A stretch of 62,758 bases of DNA. Source: an uncultured Gammaproteobacteria bacterium (GTDB lineage Bacteria; Patescibacteriota; Microgenomatia; Levybacterales; UBA12049). The position numbers were made by a program, and so were the translations under genes. The stretch covers positions 1-62,758 of the forward strand of contig CAZIZQ010000001.1 in the NCBI GenBank assembly GCA_964544105.1, in the 5' to 3' direction. The notes under the pieces are model-generated. The model did not search any database. It was not told the origin of the DNA and worked only from the letters and a program-made list of their open reading frames with translations. Below are positions 27,669 through 37,241 of the stretch, piece by piece. Every line of letters starts with the position of its first letter. Position 1 is the first letter of the stretch.

Positions 27669-29786
27669 ATGGCTGACCAAAAATCAAGATTAACAGAATT
27701 AGATAAAATTAGAAATATTGGCATTATTGCTCATATCGATGCGGGGAAAACAACTACTACCGAGCGTATTTTATATTACACAGGAAAAACCTACAAAATT
27801 GGCGACATTGATGAAGGAAATACCCAAATGGACTGGATGGAGCAGGAAAAAGAGCGTGGTATTACCATTGTTTCTGCAGCTACAACCGCATTTTGGAAGG
27901 ATTATCGCATTAACATTATTGATACCCCAGGCCACGTTGATTTTACCGCAGAAGTCGAACGTTCGCTTCGAGTATTAGATGGGGGCATTACTGTTTTGGA
28001 TGCAGAAGAAGGCGTGCAGTCGCAATCCGAAACTGTCTGGCGCCAGGCAGACAAGTATAAAGTTCCTCGTATTTGTTTTGTTAATAAAATGGACAAACTT
28101 GGCGCCGACTTTTTGGCAACTGTTAAAAGTATCGAAGACAGACTTGGTGCAAATCCGGCAATTATGGTACTCCCAATTGGCCGCGAGCAGGAATTTAAGG
28201 GTATTTTTGAGCTTCTTACCATGAAATCTATAGTTTGGGGTGGCGAGGAGCTTGGGGCAAAGTTTACAGTAACCGATGATATTCCCGAAGGCATGGAGGC
28301 CGAGATTAAAGAATATAGAAATAAACTAATTGAAAAAATTTCCGAGACAGACGACGCCTTGTTAGAAAAATATCTTGGAGGAACAGAACCTCCAATCGAC
28401 GAGCTTAAAAAGGCGCTCCGTAAAGCAGTTATTGCATACAAATTAGTTCCAATTTATGCAGGCTCGTCATTGCGCAATAAAGGTGTTCAGCCGCTACTTG
28501 ACGCAGTGATTGATTATCTTCCATCTCCTGTTGATTTAGGAGAAGTAAAGGGTGTACATCCCAAAACGAATGCGCCAGAGGTTCGAAAACTTGTTGTGGA
28601 AGAGGCGCTTTCGGGTCTGGCTTTTAAAATCCAAAACGATCCACACGTTGGAAAAATTACCTACTACCGAGTATATTCAGGAAAAATTATAGCCGGATCT
28701 TATATTTATAACAGTACTAAAAATATTCGAGAACGCGTTGGTCGATTACTCCTTATGCATGCAAATCAAAGGGAAGAAATTAATGAAGCATATTCAGGAG
28801 AAATAGTTGCTGTTGTAGGACTCAAAGATACGACCACCGGAGATACGCTTTGTGATGAGGCAAAACCAATTATTCTTGAAAAAATTTCTTTTCCTGATCC
28901 TGTTATTTCTCTTGCAATCGAACCAAAAACAAAATCAGACCAAGAAAGACTTGGATATTCATTAAAACGTCTGATGGACGAAGATCCAACATTTCATGTT
29001 AAAACCAATCACGAAACAGGCCAAACTATTATCTCGGGCGTGGGAGAATTACAGTTGGAAATTATGGTCGACCGTATGAAACGGGAATTTAATGTGTTGG
29101 CAAACGTTGGCGCACCACAAGTTGCGTATAAAGAAACAGTCAGTAAAACTGCCGAGGCAGAAGGAAAGTACATTAAACAGTCCGGTGGTCGGGGACAATA
29201 TGGCCATTGTTTCTTACGTGTTGAGCCAAAGCCTAGGGGTGAAGGATACGAATTTGTTGATGCCATTAAAGGTGGCGCAATTCCGGCAGAATTTATAAAA
29301 TCTGTTGAAAAGGGCGTAAAGGAAACTATGGAAAACGGTATCTTACTCGGATATCCAATGGTTGATATGACAGTAACGTTGTATGATGGAAGTTTTCACG
29401 ATGTTGACTCGTCAGATATTGCCTTTAAAATCGCAGCATCACAAGCTTTGCAGGCAGTAACCAAAAAAGCAGATTTAACACTTCTTGAGCCAATTATGAA
29501 GGTCGAAGTAACTACTCCATCTGAATTTATGGGAGATGTTATTGGGGATTTATCTGCCAAGCGGGCGCAAATTTCAGGAACAGAAGAAAAGCATAAAGCT
29601 ACCATTGTTATGGCAATGGTGCCGCTTGCCGAACTTTCAGGATACGCAACAACTCTGCGAAGCATGTCTAAAGGTCGAGCAAGTTATTACATGGAGCCAT
29701 CACACTACGAAGAAGTGCCACGAAACATTGTGGAAGCAATGCTGGCAAAATCCACCTTCACTGGCCGCGTCAACGCCCAATCGTAG
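27669..29786 (+). CDS. fusA: Elongation factor G
   Basis: 705 aa with [22 protein letters not shown] and NKMD GTPase motifs plus EF-G domains IV and V. Confidence 0.98.
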   Translation: MADQKSRLTELDKIRNIGIIAHIDAGKTTTTERILYYTGKTYKIGDIDEGNTQMDWMEQEKERGITIVSAATTAFWKDYRINIIDTPGHVDFTAEVERSLRVLDGGITVLDAEEGVQSQSETVWRQADKYKVPRICFVNKMDKLGADFLATVKSIEDRLGANPAIMVLPIGREQEFKGIFELLTMKSIVWGGEELGAKFTVTDDIPEGMEAEIKEYRNKLIEKISETDDALLEKYLGGTEPPIDELKKALRKAVIAYKLVPIYAGSSLRNKGVQPLLDAVIDYLPSPVDLGEVKGVHPKTNAPEVRKLVVEEALSGLAFKIQNDPHVGKITYYRVYSGKIIAGSYIYNSTKNIRERVGRLLLMHANQREEINEAYSGEIVAVVGLKDTTTGDTLCDEAKPIILEKISFPDPVISLAIEPKTKSDQERLGYSLKRLMDEDPTFHVKTNHETGQTIISGVGELQLEIMVDRMKREFNVLANVGAPQVAYKETVSKTAEAEGKYIKQSGGRGQYGHCFLRVEPKPRGEGYEFVDAIKGGAIPAEFIKSVEKGVKETMENGILLGYPMVDMTVTLYDGSFHDVDSSDIAFKIAASQALQAVTKKADLTLLEPIMKVEVTTPSEFMGDVIGDLSAKRAQISGTEEKHKATIVMAMVPLAELSGYATTLRSMSKGRASYYMEPSHYEEVPRNIVEAMLAKSTFTGRVNAQS

Positions 29787-29852
29787 TGTGTTTTTTCTCA
29801 CACTCTGAAAACAAAAAATTTATTTTCACAGGGTGAGGGGAGAATGTCATTT

Positions 29853-29878
29853 GTATCCGTAGACTAGTCTACGGATAC
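29853..29878. other. Perfect 26-bp palindrome gtatccgtagactagtctacggatac
   Basis: The sequence is identical to its reverse complement. It lies 67 nt after the fusA stop and 47 nt before the next promoter-like box. Confidence 0.9.
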
Positions 29879-29939
29879 TGAGTAAGGAGTAAAGTATTAA
29901 GAAGAAATGTTTTTTTGAAAGGTTTGGTATAATGGCGGG

Positions 29940-30992
29940 GTGGAAAAGGTTGTAGTTTTATTATTTTTGATTATTGGTGTTGCTGTTTTCTTTTTTCTGC
30001 AGAAAAAAGAAGAACAAAAAAAGCAAGTTTTGCCTGCGTCTGATGTTTTTATTTCTCCTACTCCAGAGATTATTCGTGATACCGAAAAGAAGTTTTTATT
30101 TGTTCCTTACTGGGGGCAGACGCAAGAGCGTATACCAGATTCGTTTGGAGATGGGTTAATATATTTTGGAGTTACTCCAGGAGAAGAAGGTGTTGATACA
30201 AAAGAAGATGGTTATTTAGGACTTGGCAGATTTTCGGCAATTGCCCAAGGACGGGATACATTTTTAACATTGCGGATGATTGATGATAAAACAAGTTTTC
30301 CCATACTCAAAGATAAGCCTCGTCAAAAGAAGATAATCGAAGACTCAGTTGCAATTGCAAAGCAATATAATTTTGACGGAATCGTTTTGGACCTCGAAAT
30401 TAGCAGTTTACCGTTTACAACGGTAACCGACCAGATGAATAGTTTTGTTACAGACTTTTCCAAAAGCGCAAAGTCAGAAAATCTCAAATTTTCCATGGTG
30501 TTTTTTGGAGATACGTTTTTCAAACTTCGGTCATACGATGTAACCGTATTACGGCAGTATCTAGATACAGTTTTTGTTATGGCATATGACTTTAGTAAAG
30601 CAAACGGCGATCCAGGGCCTAATTTTCCTTTGCCGGAGTTTACTCTGATGGTGCAAGATTTTCTAAACCTTATTCCAAAAGAAAAACTGGTGATTGTGTT
30701 TGGGATGTTTGGGTACGACTGGACAGTTGACGAACAAAATAAATCTATAAAGCAAGCACAGGCTAGGACACTCACAGTTGCCAAAAAGCAATTTATTGGT
30801 ACCTGTATATTTCTAAATTGTGTAGTAAAACGGGACGAGCAGTCGGCAGAAATAACAGTGTCGTATGTAGATAAAGATGGGAATAATCATATTGTGTGGT
30901 TTGAAGATGAAGAATCCGTGGCTAAAAAGAGTGAATTTCTCAAAGAGAAAGGAATTAAAAGTGTTGGTTACTGGGCATACTCGTATTTCTAG
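29940..30992 (+). CDS. GH18-like (chitinase-like) secreted / membrane-anchored protein
   Basis: GTG start, N-terminal TM anchor and FDGIVLDLE, which resembles the GH18 DxxDxDxE motif with the middle Asp missing. Confidence 0.6.
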   Translation: MEKVVVLLFLIIGVAVFFFLQKKEEQKKQVLPASDVFISPTPEIIRDTEKKFLFVPYWGQTQERIPDSFGDGLIYFGVTPGEEGVDTKEDGYLGLGRFSAIAQGRDTFLTLRMIDDKTSFPILKDKPRQKKIIEDSVAIAKQYNFDGIVLDLEISSLPFTTVTDQMNSFVTDFSKSAKSENLKFSMVFFGDTFFKLRSYDVTVLRQYLDTVFVMAYDFSKANGDPGPNFPLPEFTLMVQDFLNLIPKEKLVIVFGMFGYDWTVDEQNKSIKQAQARTLTVAKKQFIGTCIFLNCVVKRDEQSAEITVSYVDKDGNNHIVWFEDEESVAKKSEFLKEKGIKSVGYWAYSYF

Positions 30993-31053
30993 TTTTCCCA
31001 CCTCGGAGGAGTCATGGTTTCACTTCGTTCAGCCTGCCACCATCCGAGGTGCA

Positions 31054-31791
31054 TCAGAGAGAGTATGGAATTTGGTGTTTGTAGGCGTTTGCTTTGACTC
31101 GTTGGATGATTTTTTCTGCATTTGGAAAACCTTTCTTAATAATTTCTTCAATAGTTAGTTTATGTTCAAAGTAGTAATATAGGACTTGGTCGGCTTCTTG
31201 GTAGGTAAAGCCAAGTTCTCCTTCATCTGTTTGACCTTCCCATAAATTGGCTGTTGGTTTGGCTGTGATAATTTCTTTTGGAACACCCAGGTATTTTGCC
31301 AGTTCAATAATTTGGGTTTTATATAAATGTTGAATTGGTTCTATGTCGGACGCTGCGTCGCCAAAGCGGGTAAAGTAGCCAAGGAGATGTTCGGATTTAT
31401 TCTCAGTGCCCACAACCAGGCATTTGTGTTTTTTTGCAAGATCATATAAAAAGATCATTCGAATTCTCGCCATAATGTTTCCGATACGAACATTGTCGTT
31501 TCGATTTACACCAAGATTTTGCACACAAGCATCAACAGCATTCTTTATATAAATTTCAAAAACATTTTTTGTGGGAGTAGTAATGGAAGAAGGAAAATAG
31601 GTAAGAGAAATAGGAAATATATTTTTTTCTGGGAGGGCTCTTTTGAGAAGCAGGAGGCTTGTGGCTGAATCAATCCCGCCAGATATACCAATTACGGCAT
31701 TTTTAATATTTTGTTCTTGAAATGTTTTTTTGAGAAACAAAACAATCTTTTCGGTTTCTTGTTTTGGATTAATTGATGGAATGATATTCAT
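31054..31791 (-). CDS. nadE: NH3-dependent NAD+ synthetase
   Basis: PP-loop motif GISGGIDSA; 245 aa. Confidence 0.88.
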   Translation of the reverse strand: MNIIPSINPKQETEKIVLFLKKTFQEQNIKNAVIGISGGIDSATSLLLLKRALPEKNIFPISLTYFPSSITTPTKNVFEIYIKNAVDACVQNLGVNRNDNVRIGNIMARIRMIFLYDLAKKHKCLVVGTENKSEHLLGYFTRFGDAASDIEPIQHLYKTQIIELAKYLGVPKEIITAKPTANLWEGQTDEGELGFTYQEADQVLYYYFEHKLTIEEIIKKGFPNAEKIIQRVKANAYKHQIPYSL

Positions 31792-31983
31792 ATCTATTTC
31801 GTCTCATTGACTTTTTGATATTTTTGTGATAACATCATCATAGATTAGGGCGTCAACCGTTAGGATGATGGCTCTTTTTTATTTGGGTATTGACGATTAC
31901 ACAAAACATTTGATAAAATACATCTATCATTAGGGAGAATACGAACAATAGACTACGTGTCTATTTGCAACGCCTCCCATTTT

Positions 31984-32547
31984 TTATGGCTTTAACTCTA
32001 ACTTATTTTTCTCAAAAACAATAAAAGTTTTGTATTTCTGAAAAGGCTTCAATAATGATGACTCTGATTTATCATTCGGTACTATAATGCTAAGGAGTTT
32101 TTTGTTCTTAACCAAAAACTCATGAAGACAATAAAAATCTCCATCTCCTGAAACAATTACTGCTTTTTCGTACTTATCGTATTGAATTTTTGCTGCATGC
32201 AAAACGAGCTCCGCATCAACATTTCCTTTCACTTTGCCAAAACTGTCTTTAACAGTTGGTTTGAATACCAAATCATATCCATAAGATTTAAGCTTTTTAT
32301 ATAAAATCTCATTTTGTTTTACATATCCTATGCAAAGAAATGCTTTTTGTACTCTGAATTTGTCAGTTAAATATCTCCTGAATCTTTTGAAATCTAGTTT
32401 CCAACCTTTATAAACCACTTTTCCATGCTTAACGATATTCTTACTTGTCCCCAAGTTTAAATTCTGACTATCAATAAAAGCATATACTTTCGGTTGTTCT
32501 TTTTTCATTTGTAATTTATTTGACTTAAATTCATTAAAATTTATCAA
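31984..32547 (-). CDS. NYN/LabA-like (PIN-fold) domain protein
   Basis: AFIDSQNLN at the N-terminus and VSGDGDF, as in NYN/DUF88 proteins. Confidence 0.7.
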   Translation of the reverse strand: MINFNEFKSNKLQMKKEQPKVYAFIDSQNLNLGTSKNIVKHGKVVYKGWKLDFKRFRRYLTDKFRVQKAFLCIGYVKQNEILYKKLKSYGYDLVFKPTVKDSFGKVKGNVDAELVLHAAKIQYDKYEKAVIVSGDGDFYCLHEFLVKNKKLLSIIVPNDKSESSLLKPFQKYKTFIVFEKNKLELKP

Positions 32548-32575
32548 CTAGCTACGTCCTTCGTTAAAAAAACGA

Positions 32576-33268
32576 TTACTCTTCTCGGATTTTTGGGTGA
32601 TGGATTATAGACAATGGGAATTCGATGTCGAAGGAATCGCGGGAAAGTAATTGTTTTGCTAAATCTTTCTTTTTCTCTCCACTAATAATTACAGCCACAT
32701 TTTTTGCACTTAAGACTTGCTGTGGACCTAAGGACATACCGTATTCTCGAAAATGAGAACCGCTATACGCTTGATTTTCGTGATTTTGATTAAATCCCGG
32801 AAGTAAATGTGTAACGTTCCAGCCGGTCTCCTCTTTTGTTCCTGGTATGACATTTGCATAATTTCCTTTTGGACCAATTGCTAAAATAAGTAGATCGATT
32901 TCTGCCTCAAAATCATCAATATGCGATGCTTCTGGTTTAACCACCTTAACTGCGACACCTGTTTTTTCTTGCAATGGAGCTAATAAGTGCTTTCTTGCAA
33001 ATCCTTCATAACTTGCAGGATCACTAGTTGAAACATAAACAAATAGAGGCTGCTTCTCTTCTAGCTGCTCATCCATGAGGACAAATTGAACTTTATCCCA
33101 ATTCTTAAATTCCTTCGCATGATTAATTGTCCATTCGTAAATAGGCAAAGGGGTACTTGATAATGGAGATGATACGCGGAACAAACCACTTTCTGTAGAT
33201 TTAGATTGTAAATCTTTCCAAAGATTCCCAACTGGTTCTGCAAGAGATGGAACTACTTTTTTTTTCAC
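32576..33268 (-). CDS. NagB / 6-phosphogluconolactonase-family protein (divergent)
   Basis: The length and block order resemble the sugar-phosphate isomerase/lactonase family, but the usual GxGxDGH block is degenerate (AIGPKGNYAN). Confidence 0.5.
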   Translation of the reverse strand: MKKKVVPSLAEPVGNLWKDLQSKSTESGLFRVSSPLSSTPLPIYEWTINHAKEFKNWDKVQFVLMDEQLEEKQPLFVYVSTSDPASYEGFARKHLLAPLQEKTGVAVKVVKPEASHIDDFEAEIDLLILAIGPKGNYANVIPGTKEETGWNVTHLLPGFNQNHENQAYSGSHFREYGMSLGPQQVLSAKNVAVIISGEKKKDLAKQLLSRDSFDIEFPLSIIHHPKIREE

Positions 33269-33347
33269 GGTAACATTATAACACCATGAGTTATAAGTGT
33301 GGGATTGTATGATTGTATCTTTACCTGAAGATGTTGTGCTATGCTTT

Positions 33348-33863
33348 TTATTTATATAAACTGTGTTTTTTAATATACTCTTCTACTTTTGTTGGTACAA
33401 GGCCAGTTATTGGTTCACCTTTTTTTACTTTTTCTCGTATTTCGGTTGAAGAGATATTGGGAATATTATTTTTTCCATCTCGCTGGATAATAATAAGGCC
33501 AAAGGTGTGTGTTATTTCTTGCCATCCCTCCCATTTTGGAAAGTCTGCAATTTGGTCTGACCCAATAATCCAAGAAAAAGAGTGATGGGGGTGAAGTTCT
33601 TTTAGATCAATAAGTGTTTCATAGCTTATGCTTATCCCTCCTTTTATTATTTCGTAATCTGATGTTTGTATTGTTTTTGTTTCTAAAAGTACAGTCATGG
33701 CGAATCTGTCTTTGGCTGAAGTAAGGTTTTTTCCAAAGGCATGGGCAAAACAAGGCATAAGCCAGACTTGATCAAATTTCAGCTTCGAAATAACAGATTC
33801 AGCAATTTTTACATGACCATTGTGCGGCGGATCAAAGCTTCCGCCCAAAATTGCAATGCGCAT
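33348..33863 (-). CDS. nadD: Nicotinate-nucleotide adenylyltransferase
   Basis: GGSFDPPHNGH nucleotidyltransferase motif and a late ISSTEIR block. Confidence 0.88.
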   Translation of the reverse strand: MRIAILGGSFDPPHNGHVKIAESVISKLKFDQVWLMPCFAHAFGKNLTSAKDRFAMTVLLETKTIQTSDYEIIKGGISISYETLIDLKELHPHHSFSWIIGSDQIADFPKWEGWQEITHTFGLIIIQRDGKNNIPNISSTEIREKVKKGEPITGLVPTKVEEYIKKHSLYK

Positions 33864-33888
33864 TTGGGGTATTATACAATTTTGACCC

Positions 33889-33917
33889 TTGACTAGGCAA
33901 GGGAAATGTTGTATATT
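33889..33917 (+). promoter_or_regulatory. Sigma70-like promoter for tuf
   Basis: TTGACT (33889-33894), 17-nt spacer, TATATT (33912-33917). The ATG follows at 33936 with no SD. Confidence 0.5.
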
Positions 33918-33935
33918 TATTTTTTATAAACACAT

Positions 33936-35123
33936 ATGGCAGATGTAAAAAAATTCGAAAGAAATAAACCACATATTAATATCGGAACCATCGGTCACGT
34001 TGACCATGGTAAAACCACCACAACCGCAGCAATTGCAACAGTCCTTTCTAAAAAGGGATTGGCAACCGCAAAAAAGTATGAAGATATAGATAATGCCCCA
34101 GAAGAAAAAGCACGAGGAGTCACAATTAACATTTCCCACATTGAATACGAAACAGATAAAAGACACTATGCACACATTGATGCTCCAGGTCACGCAGATT
34201 ACATTAAAAACATGATTACCGGTGCAGCACAAATGGATGGAGCAATTTTAGTTGTTTCTGCACCAGATGGTCCTATGCCACAGACTCGAGAACACATTCT
34301 GCTTGCGCGCCAGGTTGGTGTTCCATCAATTGTTGTATATCTTAACAAATGCGACATGGTGCAAGATGCAGAGCTTTTGGATTTAGTCGAAATGGAAGTT
34401 AGGGAGCTTCTTACCAAGTATCAATATCCTGGAAACGATGTGCCAATTATCCGCGGTTCATCTCTTAAAGCGCTTGAAGGCGACGCAGAATACGAGAAAA
34501 AGATTATGGAGCTTATGGATGCTGTTGATAACTACATTCCAACACCAAAACGAGATATCGAAAAGCCATTTATGATGGCTGTAGAAGACGTCTTTTCTAT
34601 TAAAGGACGAGGAACCGTTGTTACCGGACGGGTCGAGCGGGGACAAGTAAAAGTAAACGAGACTGTAGAAATAGTTGGAATTAGACCTACAAAATCAACT
34701 GTTGTAACCGGAGTTGAAATGTTTCGAAAGCAGCTTGACGAAGCCCAAGCAGGAGATAACGTTGGATTACTGCTTCGAGGTATCGAAAAAGACGATGTAG
34801 AACGAGGCCAGGTTATTGCCAAACCAGGCAGTATTACTCCACATACAGAATTTGAGGCAGAAGTATATATCTTAACTAAAGAAGAAGGCGGACGACATAC
34901 CCCATTCTTTACCGGTTACAGACCACAATTTTATATTAGGACAACAGATGTTACAGCAGAAGTTGCTTTGCCACAAGGTGTAGAAATGGTTATGCCAGGA
35001 GATAGTACAAAAATGACAGTTAAGCTTATTAATCCAATCGCTTTGGAAGAAGGATTAAGGTTTGCAGTACGAGAAGGCGGCAAGACAGTAGGAGCAGGAG
35101 TTATTAGCAAGATTCTTAAATAG
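33936..35123 (+). CDS. tuf: Elongation factor Tu
   Basis: 395 aa with [17 protein letters not shown] and NKCD motifs. Confidence 0.99.
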   Translation: MADVKKFERNKPHINIGTIGHVDHGKTTTTAAIATVLSKKGLATAKKYEDIDNAPEEKARGVTINISHIEYETDKRHYAHIDAPGHADYIKNMITGAAQMDGAILVVSAPDGPMPQTREHILLARQVGVPSIVVYLNKCDMVQDAELLDLVEMEVRELLTKYQYPGNDVPIIRGSSLKALEGDAEYEKKIMELMDAVDNYIPTPKRDIEKPFMMAVEDVFSIKGRGTVVTGRVERGQVKVNETVEIVGIRPTKSTVVTGVEMFRKQLDEAQAGDNVGLLLRGIEKDDVERGQVIAKPGSITPHTEFEAEVYILTKEEGGRHTPFFTGYRPQFYIRTTDVTAEVALPQGVEMVMPGDSTKMTVKLINPIALEEGLRFAVREGGKTVGAGVISKILK

Positions 35124-35154
35124 TTTTGTACTTTAACTTGTTGGGAGGATATAT

Positions 35155-35463
35155 ATGCCAAGAGGAAGAATTAGAGTTCGTCTAAAAAGTTACGACGCGC
35201 GGGTTATCGACACCTGCTGCCAGCAAATTTTAGATACGGCCATTCGGACCGGCGCAAAAGTCGTGGGTCCAATCCCTCTCCCAACAGATAGAAGTTTATA
35301 CGCAGTAAATAAATCCCCATTTGTTGATAAAAACGCCCGAGACCATTTTGAAATCCGCGTCCACAAACGCCTTATTGACATTATCTCTCCAACCGACCGC
35401 ACCATCGATCAATTAACTCATCTCGAGCTCCCAGCTGGAGTTGATGTCACAATCAAGATGTAA
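35155..35463 (+). CDS. rpsJ: 30S ribosomal protein S10
   Basis: 102 aa with an S10 pattern (IRVRLKSYD ... [13 protein letters not shown]). GGAGG lies upstream. Confidence 0.96.
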   Translation: MPRGRIRVRLKSYDARVIDTCCQQILDTAIRTGAKVVGPIPLPTDRSLYAVNKSPFVDKNARDHFEIRVHKRLIDIISPTDRTIDQLTHLELPAGVDVTIKM

Positions 35464-35485
35464 TTTGTATCTCCCCAGAAGCTTA

Positions 35486-35514
35486 TTGCAATTCGAAGCT
35501 GCTCGTTATATAAT
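35486..35514 (+). promoter_or_regulatory. Near-consensus sigma70 promoter inside the rpsJ-rplC spacer
   Basis: TTGCAA (35486-35491), exactly 17 nt of spacer, TATAAT (35509-35514). Confidence 0.55.
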
Positions 35515-35590
35515 AAGTTTCAAATAAACATGATAAACCTTTTGGAGGTATATCTGGCTACATAGCGCACGGGTTTAGGGTCTAGACGCA

Positions 35591-35616
35591 AAGCGACTGT
35601 ATGTAGTCGCTTTTTT
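35591..35616 (+). terminator. Intrinsic terminator / attenuator hairpin 11 nt upstream of the rplC ATG
   Basis: Stem aagcgac / gtcgctt with loop tgtatgta, followed by TTTTTTGGTTTTTTT. Confidence 0.6.
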
Positions 35617-35627
35617 GGTTTTTTTAT

Positions 35628-36299
35628 ATGCAAGCATTTATTGGACAAAAAAAAGATCAGTCGCAAGCATTCCTAACCGACGGAACCAGAATTCCTGTGA
35701 CAAGAATTGCCACAGGTCCGCTTCCAGTTGTATGGGTAAAAATAATGGAAAAAGACGGATATGCCAGTATTCAACTTGGAATGGGAATTAAAAAGCATCC
35801 AAATAAAGCTTTGAGCGGACACATACGAGGAGCAAAACTAGAAAAAGCCCCTCGTTTTTTACGGGAAATTCGCCTCAATGACAGCGAAGTAGCAGATGCG
35901 CCCAAAATAGGGGATAAAGTAGTGGTTACCGATGTCTTAAAACCGGGAGATATAGTTGATGCCATGGGATTTTCGAAAGGAAAAGGTTTTGCAGGAGGGG
36001 TAAAACGGTACCACTTTAAGGGAGGACCAAGGACTCATGGACAGTCAGACCGCGAACGCGCACCAGGGTCAATCGGCCAGACCACTACACCAGGGAGGGT
36101 TTATAAGGGTAAACGCATGGCAGGGAAAATGGGTGCGGAAAATGTAACGGTTAAAAATCTTTTGGTTGTGTCAGTTACCGAATCAGAAGTGTTGGTAAAA
36201 GGGTTAATTCCAGGAGCTAAAGAAAGTTTGGTTATTCTAAAAAAGAAAAAAGAGAGTAAGAAATTCGTGCCGCTTTATAAGGAGGAGAAAAATGGTTAA
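35628..36299 (+). CDS. rplC: 50S ribosomal protein L3
   Basis: 223 aa with the L3 blocks GFSKGKGFAGGVKRYHF and GSIGQTTTPGRV. Confidence 0.96.
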   Translation: MQAFIGQKKDQSQAFLTDGTRIPVTRIATGPLPVVWVKIMEKDGYASIQLGMGIKKHPNKALSGHIRGAKLEKAPRFLREIRLNDSEVADAPKIGDKVVVTDVLKPGDIVDAMGFSKGKGFAGGVKRYHFKGGPRTHGQSDRERAPGSIGQTTTPGRVYKGKRMAGKMGAENVTVKNLLVVSVTESEVLVKGLIPGAKESLVILKKKKESKKFVPLYKEEKNG

Positions 36300-36939
36300 A
36301 AAAGCTGGTTTGACAATTGATGTTTTTGATACAAAAGGGAAAGTTGTGGAAACAATAAAATTGTCAAAAGAGGTGTTTGGTGTAAAAGTGAATAAGGCGC
36401 TTTTGGCCCAAGCGGTAAGGGTATACCGAAGAAATCAGCGTTCGGGGAGTGCTTCCACAAAAACTAGAGGAGAGGTTACCGGGTCTACCCGAAAGATATA
36501 TAGACAAAAAGGTACAGGAAGAGCTCGCCATGGCGGAGTCCGGGCTCCAATTTTTGTCCATGGAGGTATTGCGCATGGGCCAAAACCAATCAATTTTTCC
36601 AGAGATCTGTCTAAAAACATGAAAAAACAAGCATTGTTTTCTGCGCTTTCATTAGTATTTCAACAAAAAGGTCTTACTGTTATTGCAGGGCTAGATAAGT
36701 TAAAGCCAAAAACAAAAGCAATGGCTCAAAGTCTGGAAAAGCTCGATTTGTTTAAAGGAAAGAAGGGTAATAATTCGTTATTGTTTGTCGAGCCTAAAGA
36801 TGCAGAAGCTATGCATAAGTCTATAAGAAATATTGCCGGAGTTACTGCCATGCAGGCATCTCAATTAAATGCATATGATGTTTTACGGTATAAGCATATT
36901 CTTTTTGTAAAAGAGGCAGTAGAGTCTATTTCGAAATAA
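36292..36939 (+). CDS. rplD: 50S ribosomal protein L4
   Basis: KGTGRARHGGVRAPIFVHGGIAHGPKP block. Confidence 0.96.
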   Translation: MVKKAGLTIDVFDTKGKVVETIKLSKEVFGVKVNKALLAQAVRVYRRNQRSGSASTKTRGEVTGSTRKIYRQKGTGRARHGGVRAPIFVHGGIAHGPKPINFSRDLSKNMKKQALFSALSLVFQQKGLTVIAGLDKLKPKTKAMAQSLEKLDLFKGKKGNNSLLFVEPKDAEAMHKSIRNIAGVTAMQASQLNAYDVLRYKHILFVKEAVESISK

Positions 36940-36940
36940 T

Positions 36941-37237
36941 ATGAATCAAGGTATGATACGGCCAATTATTAGCGAAAAATCAATGCAAGATGCAAAGAGT
37001 GGTAAATTTACCTTTGTTTTTGCAAAGTACTCAAGAAAAGAGGATATAAAAAAAGAAATCGAAAAAGCATTTAATGTTCATGTTTTGTCATTAGCTACAA
37101 GTGTAGTAAAAGGCGGCAGGAAGAGGATTGGTAAGCGAAGAGAAGAAGTACGTATAAGTCCATGGAAGAAAGCTATAGTTATGCTATCAAAAGGTGAAAA
37201 AATTAGCCTGTTTGATATAGGAGAAGAAAAAAAATAA
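36941..37237 (+). CDS. rplW: 50S ribosomal protein L23
   Basis: 98 aa with an L23 pattern, in the conserved operon position. Confidence 0.93.
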   Translation: MNQGMIRPIISEKSMQDAKSGKFTFVFAKYSRKEDIKKEIEKAFNVHVLSLATSVVKGGRKRIGKRREEVRISPWKKAIVMLSKGEKISLFDIGEEKK

Positions 37238-37241
37238 ATAT

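Noticed and set aside
27642-27670. TTGACA-17-TATTAT promoter-like match inside the right arm of E3.
   Set aside because: The -10 box would overlap the fusA ATG and place the transcription start inside the conserved EF-G N-terminus. TTGACA is simply part of the heptamer consensus.
30993-31053. 9-bp inverted repeat cacctcgga / tccgaggtg (about 31001-31049) between the convergent GH18-like gene and nadE, as a terminator.
   Set aside because: The ~30-nt loop and the absence of flanking T or A runs make it a poor intrinsic terminator. It is noted but not called.
31792-31983. Calling the nadE upstream region a class I NAD+ (nadA-motif) riboswitch because of its two tandem similar units.
   Set aside because: I could not match the conserved internal-loop nucleotides I recall for that motif. 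It is kept only as something to test with a covariance model.
33924-34232. Cys-rich 102-aa minus-strand ORF overlapping the tuf 5' end.
   Set aside because: It is antisense to EF-Tu. The Cys richness comes from reading GCA/ACA-rich codons backwards, and there are no start signals.
35530-35565. 11-codon mini-ORF in the rpsJ-rplC leader as a protein-coding gene.
   Set aside because: It is too short and has no SD. It is treated only as a possible leader peptide within the attenuator hypothesis.
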